DNA of 64,000 nt. Source: Salinivirgaceae bacterium (GTDB lineage: Bacteria > Bacteroidota > Bacteroidia > Bacteroidales > SZUA-534). Where the stretch lies: assembly GCA_024405635.1 (NCBI GenBank), contig JAKSOL010000011.1, positions 15,906 through 79,905 on the forward strand, in the 5' to 3' direction. The translations under genes were made by a program, and so were the position numbers. Shown here in pieces: positions 9,131 to 17,550 of this stretch (position 1 is its first letter; each line of letters starts with the position of its first letter). The notes under the pieces were generated by a model. The model was not told the DNA's origin, searched no databases, and was given only the letters and a program-made list of their open reading frames with translations.

Positions 9131-10192
9131 GTGCAGCAATCTGTTTTAAACAATAATATTGTTAGTTTACTATCGAGCGATTTGGCATTTGCCATTTGGC
9201 GCAATCCACTTTCGACAAACGTTAACGTTGTTTGCTGCAACAACTCACAAGTACTACGCACTACCGACTTTAATCAAATTGACCAAAACTCAGGTTTTGT
9301 ATTTGCTCCATTTGAAGTTACAAGTAGCACTCCCATTTGCATCTTTCCACAACAAAGCACTTGCCAACCAATAGGTGATTTTATAAAGCTTGACCAAGGT
9401 AATAACTGCAATTGCGCTACTCAAACCGAATACATAGCTACCCTAAAACATCTTATTGGCAAACTAAACAATTCTGTTCCAAAAGTTGTATTAAGCCGTT
9501 GCCAATGGATTGAGAATATTGACATTGAAAAAACATTGGTGAATTTCAGCGAGTTACTAAACTGCAGTCACAATTTATTTGTTTACTGCGTTCGCATCCC
9601 TAACATTGGTTGTTGGATTGGTGCAACACCTGAAACTCTACTCACCATTAGCAACGGGCAAGCCGAAACTTGCGCATTAGCTGGAACCATGCCGTTTACT
9701 AATGGCAAAGCCAATTGGTCCGAAAAAGAAATAAATGAGCAGAAAATTGTTAGCGATTTTATTTGTAACACTCTACTCGATAATAATATAGAGTTTTCGC
9801 AATCGCCCACTTGTACAACCGTTGCTGGCAAGTTGGCCCATTTGAAGACAACATTCAACTTTAATGCTCAACAAATAAATGGTCAACTAGGGAAATTGCT
9901 ACAGCAGCTGCATCCAACACCTGCCGTTTGTGGTTTACCTACCGATGCAGCACGCAACATTATAGCCGAAATGGAAACTTACAACCGCAGCTACTACGCT
10001 GGTTTTGTAGGACTTGCAAGCAACAACTCAACCCAATTATACGTTAACATACGCTGTATGCAGTTATTTGCAAACGGTGCTTTATTATATGCTGGTGGCG
10101 GAATTACAGCGCAATCGGACCCTACAAACGAATGGATTGAGACCGAAATGAAAATGGAATCAATTGCACACATTATCAGCAAAAAAACCTAA
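9131..10192 (+). CDS. menF: Isochorismate synthase
   Basis: KVVLSR, GATPETL, ALAGT, HPTPAVCG, YAGGGI; precedes menD; GTG start. Confidence 0.85.
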   Translation: MQQSVLNNNIVSLLSSDLAFAIWRNPLSTNVNVVCCNNSQVLRTTDFNQIDQNSGFVFAPFEVTSSTPICIFPQQSTCQPIGDFIKLDQGNNCNCATQTEYIATLKHLIGKLNNSVPKVVLSRCQWIENIDIEKTLVNFSELLNCSHNLFVYCVRIPNIGCWIGATPETLLTISNGQAETCALAGTMPFTNGKANWSEKEINEQKIVSDFICNTLLDNNIEFSQSPTCTTVAGKLAHLKTTFNFNAQQINGQLGKLLQQLHPTPAVCGLPTDAARNIIAEMETYNRSYYAGFVGLASNNSTQLYVNIRCMQLFANGALLYAGGGITAQSDPTNEWIETEMKMESIAHIISKKT

Positions 10193-10196
10193 CGGA

Positions 10197-11858
10197 ATGA
10201 AATACACATCGAGCAATAAACCTATAGTTCAAAGTATTGTAAATCAATTGATTGGTGTTGGCGTCCACAATATTTTCATTGCTCCCGGATCGCGAAACGC
10301 ACCGCTTACTATAGCGTTTGCACAATGTCCTGAGTTTATTTGTCATTCTATTGTTGATGAACGTGTTGCAGGATTTTATGCTCTTGGCATGGCTCGTGAG
10401 CTTAACGAACCTGTTGCCATTGTATGCACGTCGGGAACGGCAGTGCTAAACTTTGCTCCTGCCTTGTGCGAAGCTTTTTACCAAGAAGTGCCAATTGTTG
10501 CCATTACTGCCGACCGTCCAAGTTTTTGGATTGACCAAGAAGACGGACAAACCATTCGTCAACCCAACATTTTTGCAAACTACGTTAAACTATCGGCATC
10601 GTTGCCCGACGAGCGCGACAACAATAGCCTTCAAACTGCCGAATTGATGCTCGCTAATGCACTTAATGAACTGCGCACAGCACCTTTTGGCCCAATACAC
10701 ATAAATGTTCCGCTTGATAATCCGCTTTACGAGCAAGCCGAAGTTGAGTGCCATTCAAAATCAATCTTTTTGCCTAATCGCCCAAAAGTTTGTGGACTAG
10801 AGCAACTCAAAGAGCTATGTAACAGTAATTTACGTTCAATGATTCTAGTCGGGACAAACCAACCAGACGAAGAGATAAACCAATTAGCTAAACAATGCCA
10901 AGCGCTTGGTTTTGTGGTTGTTGCATCGCCATTGGCTAATATTGAAGCCGAACAAATTGAAACTCCAGAATTGGTTTTGCTTGCCGCTACAGAACAGCAA
11001 AAAACCAATCTATCGCCCGACTTGCTGATTACACTTGGCGGACCTATTGTGTCGAAACAAGTAAAGCTGTTGTTGCGCACCTTCAAGCCTAAATACCACA
11101 TTGATATTGACGAAAACCCAATGCGGGTTGATACTTATAACTGTCTGACTCACAAAGCAATTGCATCAACAAAACAAGCTTTGCAGTATATTGTGAATAA
11201 CGCTTTGAGTGCTGATGCAACTTTTGGTAAAAGTTGGGAGAACAATAAAGCAACAAACAAAACAACCGACTATTGCAAACAAATAGATTGGTGCGACTTG
11301 AGCATCTATCCTCACATAATTAAACTAATTGATAAACAAGATATTAACCTGCATTTATCAAATAGTACACCAGTACGATTTGGCGAATTGTTTGCCAAGG
11401 CAAAAGGCGTAAACTATTACGCTAATCGTGGGACAAGCGGAATTGACGGTTGCCTTTCAACTGCCGCAGGCGCAGCAATGGCCACAAGCAAAACCACACT
11501 GATTATTACTGGCGACGTAGGATTTTTTTACGACTCTAACTGCTTTTATAACAGCCATTTGCCTGCCAATCTTAAAGTTGTACTTATAAGCAACGGACGC
11601 GGAAGCATATTCGACCTACTTGGCAATGCCCGCAAAACCAATGCTGAGCAGTACTTTACCACACCGCACCAATTTAACGCCCAACATCTATGCGCTGCCT
11701 TTAAGGTTGACTACTTCAGCGCATCGAGCCACCAGCAAGTTGAATCGGTTTGGCAAAAATTCATTAGCAATGGCAAATGCTCGGTTCTTGAACTTGATAC
11801 TACAACCGTTGATAACGAACAGATTTTCAGCGAGTTTAAGAAGTTTGTTAAAGGGTGA
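10197..11858 (+). CDS. menD: SEPHCHC synthase (ThDP-dependent)
   Basis: APGSRNAPL, DERVAGF, CTSGTA, TADRP, NRGTSGIDG, GDVGFFYDSN; start ATG 10197. Confidence 0.93.
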   Translation: MKYTSSNKPIVQSIVNQLIGVGVHNIFIAPGSRNAPLTIAFAQCPEFICHSIVDERVAGFYALGMARELNEPVAIVCTSGTAVLNFAPALCEAFYQEVPIVAITADRPSFWIDQEDGQTIRQPNIFANYVKLSASLPDERDNNSLQTAELMLANALNELRTAPFGPIHINVPLDNPLYEQAEVECHSKSIFLPNRPKVCGLEQLKELCNSNLRSMILVGTNQPDEEINQLAKQCQALGFVVVASPLANIEAEQIETPELVLLAATEQQKTNLSPDLLITLGGPIVSKQVKLLLRTFKPKYHIDIDENPMRVDTYNCLTHKAIASTKQALQYIVNNALSADATFGKSWENNKATNKTTDYCKQIDWCDLSIYPHIIKLIDKQDINLHLSNSTPVRFGELFAKAKGVNYYANRGTSGIDGCLSTAAGAAMATSKTTLIITGDVGFFYDSNCFYNSHLPANLKVVLISNGRGSIFDLLGNARKTNAEQYFTTPHQFNAQHLCAAFKVDYFSASSHQQVESVWQKFISNGKCSVLELDTTTVDNEQIFSEFKKFVKG

Positions 11859-11931
11859 TTGGCCTTTCGCCCCCCAAAAAAAACAACTCTCACTCACCTC
11901 AATCTCCATCATTTGCTACCGCATTTGCCAT

Positions 11932-11962
11932 TTTGTTTTTTTGGCTGATGCGTCTATATTTG
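11932..11962 (+). promoter_or_regulatory. Bacteroidetes promoter of ileS
   Basis: TTTG 11932-11935 and TATATTTG 11955-11962 with a 19-nt spacer. Confidence 0.55.
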
Positions 11963-12007
11963 TGAGTTTTTTTGAAAAAATCGAAATATTCTAAAAATCA
12001 ATAAGAT

Positions 12008-15000
12008 ATGAGCGACAAATTTCCAGAGTACAAGCAGTTCGATTTATCGCAAATCAACAAAGACGTGCTTGATAAGTGGCTAAAAGACCACACTTTTGAA
12101 AAAAGTACCGAAACACGCGCTGGTCAACCTAAATTCATCTTTTTTGAAGGCCCACCGTCAGCAAACGGAAAACCAGGTATTCACCACGTAATGGCGCGTA
12201 GCATTAAGGACATTATATGCCGCTACAAAACTCTACAAGGATTTTTAGTTGAACGTAAGGCTGGATGGGACACACACGGATTGCCAGTTGAACTTGGTGT
12301 GGAGCAAAAACTTGGCATCACCAAAGAAGACATTGGCAAAAAAATTAGCGTTGACGAATACAACCGCAACTGCCGCGAAGAGGTTATGAAATACACCGAC
12401 ATGTGGCAAGACCTTACTTCGAAAATGGGTTATTGGGTAAACATGAACGACCCATACATAACCTACGACAACCGCTACATTGAATCGCTTTGGTACTTGC
12501 TAAAAGAGATTTACAATAAAGGTTTGCTTTACAAAGGCTACACCATTCAACCATACTCGCCAGCTGCAGGTACTGGTCTTTCGAGCCACGAGTTGAACCA
12601 ACCAGGCTGCTATCGCGATGTGAAAGACACAACCGTTGTTGGTCAGTTCCGCATGATAAATCCAAAACCCGAAATGGCTCAATGGGGAACTCCATACTTT
12701 ATTGCTTGGACCACCACACCTTGGACTTTACCATCGAACACCGCATTGTGCGTTGGCCCAAAAATTGAGTACGTTGCCGTTCAAACCTACAACGCATACA
12801 CAAGCGAAAAAATAACTGTAGTGCTTGCAAAAGCATTGTTATACAACCACTTTAACAAGAAAGCTGAAGGTCTTGACCTTGAATCGTACAAGCCAGGCGA
12901 CAAACTTGTTCCATTTAAAGTAGTGGGCGAATACATGGGTACCGACCTAGTTGGCATGAAATACGAACAACTGCTACCTTGGGTTAAACCAGTTACAGCC
13001 GATGCTCGCGGCAATTGGAAAGACGCAACCGACGAGGCTTTCCGCGTTATTCCTGGCGACTACGTAACCACCGAAGACGGTACTGGTATTGTTCACATTG
13101 CACCAACCTTTGGTGCCGACGATGCTAAAGTAGCAAAAGCTGCTGGTATTCCTTCGTTGTTTATGATTAACAAGAAAAACGAAACTCGTCCAATGGTCGA
13201 TTTTTCGGGAAAATTCTACTTGCTTGACGATGTTAACGAGCAGTTTGTTGCTCAATGCATCGACACCGAGGCATACAAAGAGTTTGAAGGCCGTTGGGTT
13301 AAAAACGCATACGACCCACAATTCACTATCGATGGAAAATATGACGAGGCTGCTGCTCAGGCTGCCGAATCGCTCGACGTGTATATCTGCTTAAAAATGA
13401 AGGCAGCCAACAAAGCCTTTAAAATTGAAAAACACGTTCACAACTACCCACACTGCTGGCGCACCGACAAACCTGTGCTTTACTATCCTCTTGATAGCTG
13501 GTTTATCCGTTCAACCGCCGTTAAAGACCAAATGATAGAGTTGAACAAAACCATTAATTGGAAACCAGAATCGACAGGAACTGGTCGTTTTGGTAAATGG
13601 CTTGAAAACCTTAACGACTGGAACCTTAGCCGCTCGCGTTATTGGGGTACTCCTCTGCCAATTTGGGCTACCGAAGATGGTGACGAATGCAAATGCATCG
13701 GCTCGGTTGAAGAATTGTTTGCCGAAATTGACAAATCAATTGCCGCAGGCTTTATGACCGAAAACCCATACAAAGCAAAAGGTTTTGTTGTGGGCGACAA
13801 TTCAAAAGAAAACTACGAGAAAATTGACCTTCACCGCCCTTACATCGATGGAATTATTCTTGTGTCGAACAGCGGTAAGAAAATGATTCGCGAAAAAGAC
13901 TTGATTGACGTTTGGTTTGACTCTGGTGCCATGCCATTTGCTCAACGTCACTGGCCTTTTGAACACAAAGACGACTTTGATAAACTTTACCCTGCCGACT
14001 TTATTGCCGAAGGTGTTGATCAAACACGCGGTTGGTTCTTCACTTTGCATGCAATTAGCACAATGATTAATGGTAAAGTGGCATTCAAAAACATTATTTC
14101 AAACGGTCTTGTACTCGACAAAAACGGCAACAAGATGAGTAAACGTTTGGGCAATGCTGTCGATCCATTCTCAACAATCGAAAAATATGGTTCCGACCCA
14201 TTGCGCTGGTACATGATTACCAATGCTCAACCTTGGGACAACCTTAAATTTGATATTGAAGGAGTTGAAGAAGTTCGCCGCAAATTCTTTGGCACACTCT
14301 ACAACACATACGGATTCTTCTCGCTTTATGCCAACATTGACGGTTTCAAATATCAAGAAGCCGAAATTCCATTGGCTGAACGCCCTGAGATTGACCGTTG
14401 GATACTTTCGCTACTCAATAGTTTGATAAAAGATGTACAAAACGCATACGAAAACTACCAACCAACCGATGCAGGTCGCGCCATTCAAGATTTTGTAATG
14501 GACAACCTTAGCAACTGGTACGTACGTTTGAACCGCAAACGTTTCTGGGGTGGCGAATACAATAACGACAAAATTGCAGCCTACCAAACACTTTACACAT
14601 GCTTGGAAACTGTTGCCATTTTGGCTAGTCCAATAGCACCATTCTATCTTGACCAATTGTATCAAGACTTGACACAAACCACAGGTCGCGCTACCACATC
14701 GGTACACTTGGCATCGTTCCCAAAAGTAAACGAAGCTGCTATTGATACCGACCTTGAAGAACGCATGGCTATTGCACAACGCATATCGTCAATGGTACTT
14801 GGTTTGCGCCGAAAAGTGAGCCTAAAAGTTCGTCAACCATTGAGCAAGATTATGGTGCCAGTGTTGAGCGAAAAAGCCAAACAACAAATAAGCGCTGTAG
14901 CCGACATTATTAAAACCGAAGTGAATGTTAAAGACATTGAACTAATTGACAACACTGCCGGTGTGCTTGTAAAACGCATCAAACCAAACTTTAAAGCTCT

Positions 15001-15493
15001 TGGTCCAAAATGCGGCAAAATCATGAAACAAGTGGCTGAGGTTATTGCCCAAATGTCGCAAGAAGATATTGTAGCATTTGAGCGCGATGGCAAATTTAAC
15101 CTTACCGTTGCCGACCAAACCATTTGCCTTGAACCAGCCGACTGCGAAGTTTTGTCGGAAGATATTCCAGGCTGGCTAGTTGCAAACGATGGAAACCTTA
15201 CCATTGCTCTTGACATTACCCTAACCGACGAGCTGAAAAACGAAGGCATTGCACGCGAGTTTATAAACCGCATACAAAACATTCGTAAAGACAGTGGCCT
15301 TGAAGTAACCGACAAAATCAACATTAAGATTAGCAAACATGCTGCTACCGATGCTGCAATTAACGCTTTTGCCGACTATATTAAGGCTCAAACCTTAGCT
15401 GTAAGCATTGAACTAGTTGACTCGGTTGCCAATGCAGTTGAAGTTGATATTGATGAGAATGTAATTGTGCTTGTTAAAATTGCAAAAGCATAA
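12008..15493 (+). CDS. ileS: Isoleucine--tRNA ligase, type 2
   Basis: EGPPSANGKPGIHH, GWDTHGLPVE, WTTTPWTL, GTGIVH, SRSRYWGTP, KMSKR; no C-terminal Zn finger. Confidence 0.98.
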   Translation: MSDKFPEYKQFDLSQINKDVLDKWLKDHTFEKSTETRAGQPKFIFFEGPPSANGKPGIHHVMARSIKDIICRYKTLQGFLVERKAGWDTHGLPVELGVEQKLGITKEDIGKKISVDEYNRNCREEVMKYTDMWQDLTSKMGYWVNMNDPYITYDNRYIESLWYLLKEIYNKGLLYKGYTIQPYSPAAGTGLSSHELNQPGCYRDVKDTTVVGQFRMINPKPEMAQWGTPYFIAWTTTPWTLPSNTALCVGPKIEYVAVQTYNAYTSEKITVVLAKALLYNHFNKKAEGLDLESYKPGDKLVPFKVVGEYMGTDLVGMKYEQLLPWVKPVTADARGNWKDATDEAFRVIPGDYVTTEDGTGIVHIAPTFGADDAKVAKAAGIPSLFMINKKNETRPMVDFSGKFYLLDDVNEQFVAQCIDTEAYKEFEGRWVKNAYDPQFTIDGKYDEAAAQAAESLDVYICLKMKAANKAFKIEKHVHNYPHCWRTDKPVLYYPLDSWFIRSTAVKDQMIELNKTINWKPESTGTGRFGKWLENLNDWNLSRSRYWGTPLPIWATEDGDECKCIGSVEELFAEIDKSIAAGFMTENPYKAKGFVVGDNSKENYEKIDLHRPYIDGIILVSNSGKKMIREKDLIDVWFDSGAMPFAQRHWPFEHKDDFDKLYPADFIAEGVDQTRGWFFTLHAISTMINGKVAFKNIISNGLVLDKNGNKMSKRLGNAVDPFSTIEKYGSDPLRWYMITNAQPWDNLKFDIEGVEEVRRKFFGTLYNTYGFFSLYANIDGFKYQEAEIPLAERPEIDRWILSLLNSLIKDVQNAYENYQPTDAGRAIQDFVMDNLSNWYVRLNRKRFWGGEYNNDKIAAYQTLYTCLETVAILASPIAPFYLDQLYQDLTQTTGRATTSVHLASFPKVNEAAIDTDLEERMAIAQRISSMVLGLRRKVSLKVRQPLSKIMVPVLSEKAKQQISAVADIIKTEVNVKDIELIDNTAGVLVKRIKPNFKALGPKCGKIMKQVAEVIAQMSQEDIVAFERDGKFNLTVADQTICLEPADCEVLSEDIPGWLVANDGNLTIALDITLTDELKNEGIAREFINRIQNIRKDSGLEVTDKINIKISKHAATDAAINAFADYIKAQTLAVSIELVDSVANAVEVDIDENVIVLVKIAKA
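15296..15336 (+). repeat. Left copy of a 41-bp direct repeat (inside the ileS 3' region)
   Basis: GGCCTTGAAGTAACCGACAAAATCAACATTAAGATTAGCAA matches 29302-29342 at 38/41 nt. Confidence 0.85.
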
Positions 15494-15514
15494 GGAGTTT
15501 ACTTCCTAATAATT

Positions 15515-15557
15515 AACGCTCCATCTAGCATAAAAGCTGGTTGGGGCGTTTTTTTTT
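15515..15557 (+). terminator. Intrinsic terminator after ileS
   Basis: AACGCTCCA-T-CTAGC...GCTGG-T-TGGGGCGTT followed by a T-run. Confidence 0.8.
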
Positions 15558-15645
15558 GCGAACAACACACTCGAATCTGAATCAATTTTGACTTATACGT
15601 CAAATTGCATAGAACCCACAAAATTTGACTATATCAGCCAGAAGA

Positions 15646-16530
15646 TTAGTATTTGATATTAAAATAATCGAGTAAAGCTTTATACTGATCTTGTGCAGTA
15701 AGGCATGTATCACGCAGATAACCAGTCACATTAGACCACGGCTGTAATCCTCGATAATAGAACAATTTAAGCTCGTCGGTAATAATAAAAGGTACAATGT
15801 TGTTGGCCAAACATTCTTTAAACAGAATCAAGCGCCCCACACGCCCATTACCATCTTGAAATGGGTGTATGCATTCAAAACGCACATGAAAATCTAAAAT
15901 ATCGTCAAATGTTTTTTCACGCTTTGCGTTATATTCTGCCAACAATTCCTTCATTTCATGATGAACTTCCGCTGGAATAGTTGTCTCGTTGCCACCAATC
16001 TCGTTAGGCAGGCGCTTGTAATCACCCACTGCAAACCACGATTTTTGGCTATCTTGCGTATTGGTTTTCAACACACTATGGAGTTCTTTAATTAGCGCTT
16101 CCGACAAACGTTCTTCAGCACGATCTATAATCAAGTCGATGCATCGAAAATGGTTTACTGTTTCCATTATATCATCAATTCTTACACTTGAATCCATTGC
16201 TCCTATTGTATGAGTTTCGTATATGTAACGCGTTTGCTCATGTGTAAGTTGACTACCCTCGATATGATTAGAATTGTAAGTCAAATCGATTTGTGTACGA
16301 TGATAAATTCCACCTTTCAACTGTGATGTTTTCTGCTCGCGCAAGGCAAGCAAAATTGCTGAAGGCTTTTTCGATTTGTTGTGCTGAGGCAAGACAGCAT
16401 CATACGGTACGCTCCATGTCTTCCCCGTAAGAAAGGCGCCTTTGAGTTTCCCCAAGGCACAATAATTACGAATTGTTCGCTCGCTTATGCCATGTAATTT
16501 GGCAAATTCTGCAACTGATAAATAGTTCAT
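15646..16530 (-). CDS. Fic-domain protein with N-terminal Xis/MerR-like HTH
   Basis: N-terminal YLSVAEFAKLHGISERTIRNYC; autoinhibitory motif SNHIEGS; catalytic loop HPFQDGNGRVGR. Confidence 0.92.
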   Translation of the reverse strand: MNYLSVAEFAKLHGISERTIRNYCALGKLKGAFLTGKTWSVPYDAVLPQHNKSKKPSAILLALREQKTSQLKGGIYHRTQIDLTYNSNHIEGSQLTHEQTRYIYETHTIGAMDSSVRIDDIMETVNHFRCIDLIIDRAEERLSEALIKELHSVLKTNTQDSQKSWFAVGDYKRLPNEIGGNETTIPAEVHHEMKELLAEYNAKREKTFDDILDFHVRFECIHPFQDGNGRVGRLILFKECLANNIVPFIITDELKLFYYRGLQPWSNVTGYLRDTCLTAQDQYKALLDYFNIKY

Positions 16531-16574
16531 ATCGGCAAGGATTTAAACAAAAACGCATGCAAAATCGCAAAAAT

Positions 16575-16590
16575 TTGCCGATATCGGCAA
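16575..16590. promoter_or_regulatory. Perfect 16-bp palindrome, candidate operator of the HTH-Fic gene
   Basis: TTGCCGATATCGGCAA; a second partial copy ATATCGGCAAG at 16529-16539 overlaps the fic start codon. Confidence 0.55.
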
Positions 16591-16729
16591 GAATTTTAAG
16601 CAAAAAAGTGCAAATTACTTTCTCTCTGACTTGCTTCGTAATGTTTTTTTTGTTCATCCGTGATTCATAACTTTGAAATTATTCTTAACTTTGTTTGTTA
16701 TTACAATTAACCATTATATTTATTTAATC

Positions 16730-17482
16730 ATGAGATACAAAACATTAGCTACCATAGCAATAAGTGTGTTGATGCCATTCGTAAGCAATGCACAAAAAGC
16801 CGATTCATATAAAGTAGTAAAGGTTCAAGGCGAAATACAAAGAGTGAAAACTGGCAACCTTTTATCGTTGGGCGACAATGTTGTTAGCAACGAGAATTTT
16901 GACTTTAAAACAACCAGTTCGCGCGCCGTTGTAGTAAACAAAGAGAAAGGCTGCATGATTTTGAGCGCAAAAGCCAACAACGAAGGTCCACAATTCCTTC
17001 CATCGTCAAACAACATGAGCGTAAGAGCAGCTTTGCCAGCCAATCCTACCGAAGTTATGGAATATTACTACGACAATGTGTTCATATCGGGTTTTGACAG
17101 CCTAAAGATTGATAATGAGGCTTTACAGATTGACGATGTGAATTATTTCACAGTAAATTATACAGCCAACAACAATTCGTATTCGGAAAAAATTGAACTA
17201 AAAAATGGGAAATTGGTGCTTCCAGCAACTCTTTTGGAAAAACAACCATCAAAAATAACCATTTGCTATAACGATGAGTATGGCGTAAACGGACAAACAG
17301 AATTCACTCCAGTGTATGCCGACAGCGAAACACTACGCGACGAAATTGCCGTAATCTTCTCAACCATAAAAGGCAAACGCAACGCCAAAGTATCAGCCTC
17401 AACATCGTTTGTAAACGATTTCTACGGAAAAACTACCGACGAAGCCATGGATGCTTGGATAAAATCAAACTTGAAATACTAA
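16730..17482 (+). CDS. Exported hypothetical protein (FecR-N-like beta domain followed by helical C-terminus)
   Basis: ATG 16730; signal peptide ending SNA-Q; YKVVKVQGEI...LSLGDNV beta-rich N-domain; first gene of the CHAT cluster. Confidence 0.7.
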   Translation: MRYKTLATIAISVLMPFVSNAQKADSYKVVKVQGEIQRVKTGNLLSLGDNVVSNENFDFKTTSSRAVVVNKEKGCMILSAKANNEGPQFLPSSNNMSVRAALPANPTEVMEYYYDNVFISGFDSLKIDNEALQIDDVNYFTVNYTANNNSYSEKIELKNGKLVLPATLLEKQPSKITICYNDEYGVNGQTEFTPVYADSETLRDEIAVIFSTIKGKRNAKVSASTSFVNDFYGKTTDEAMDAWIKSNLKY

Positions 17483-17501
17483 GAAAGCTGACTGATATTA
17501 C

Positions 17502-17536
17502 AAATGCCTAATTGTTGATTACAGTTGGGCATTTTT
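17502..17536 (+). terminator. Intra-cluster terminator/attenuator hairpin
   Basis: 14-bp stem AAATGCCTAATTGT/ACAGTTGGGCATTT (2 G-U) with T-tail, ending 14 nt before the CHAT start. Confidence 0.65.
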
Positions 17537-17550
17537 TATTTATGCTCACT

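Noticed and set aside
11859-12007. T-box or attenuator upstream of ileS
   Set aside because: The promoter lies only ~45 nt before the ATG and no T-box sequence is present.
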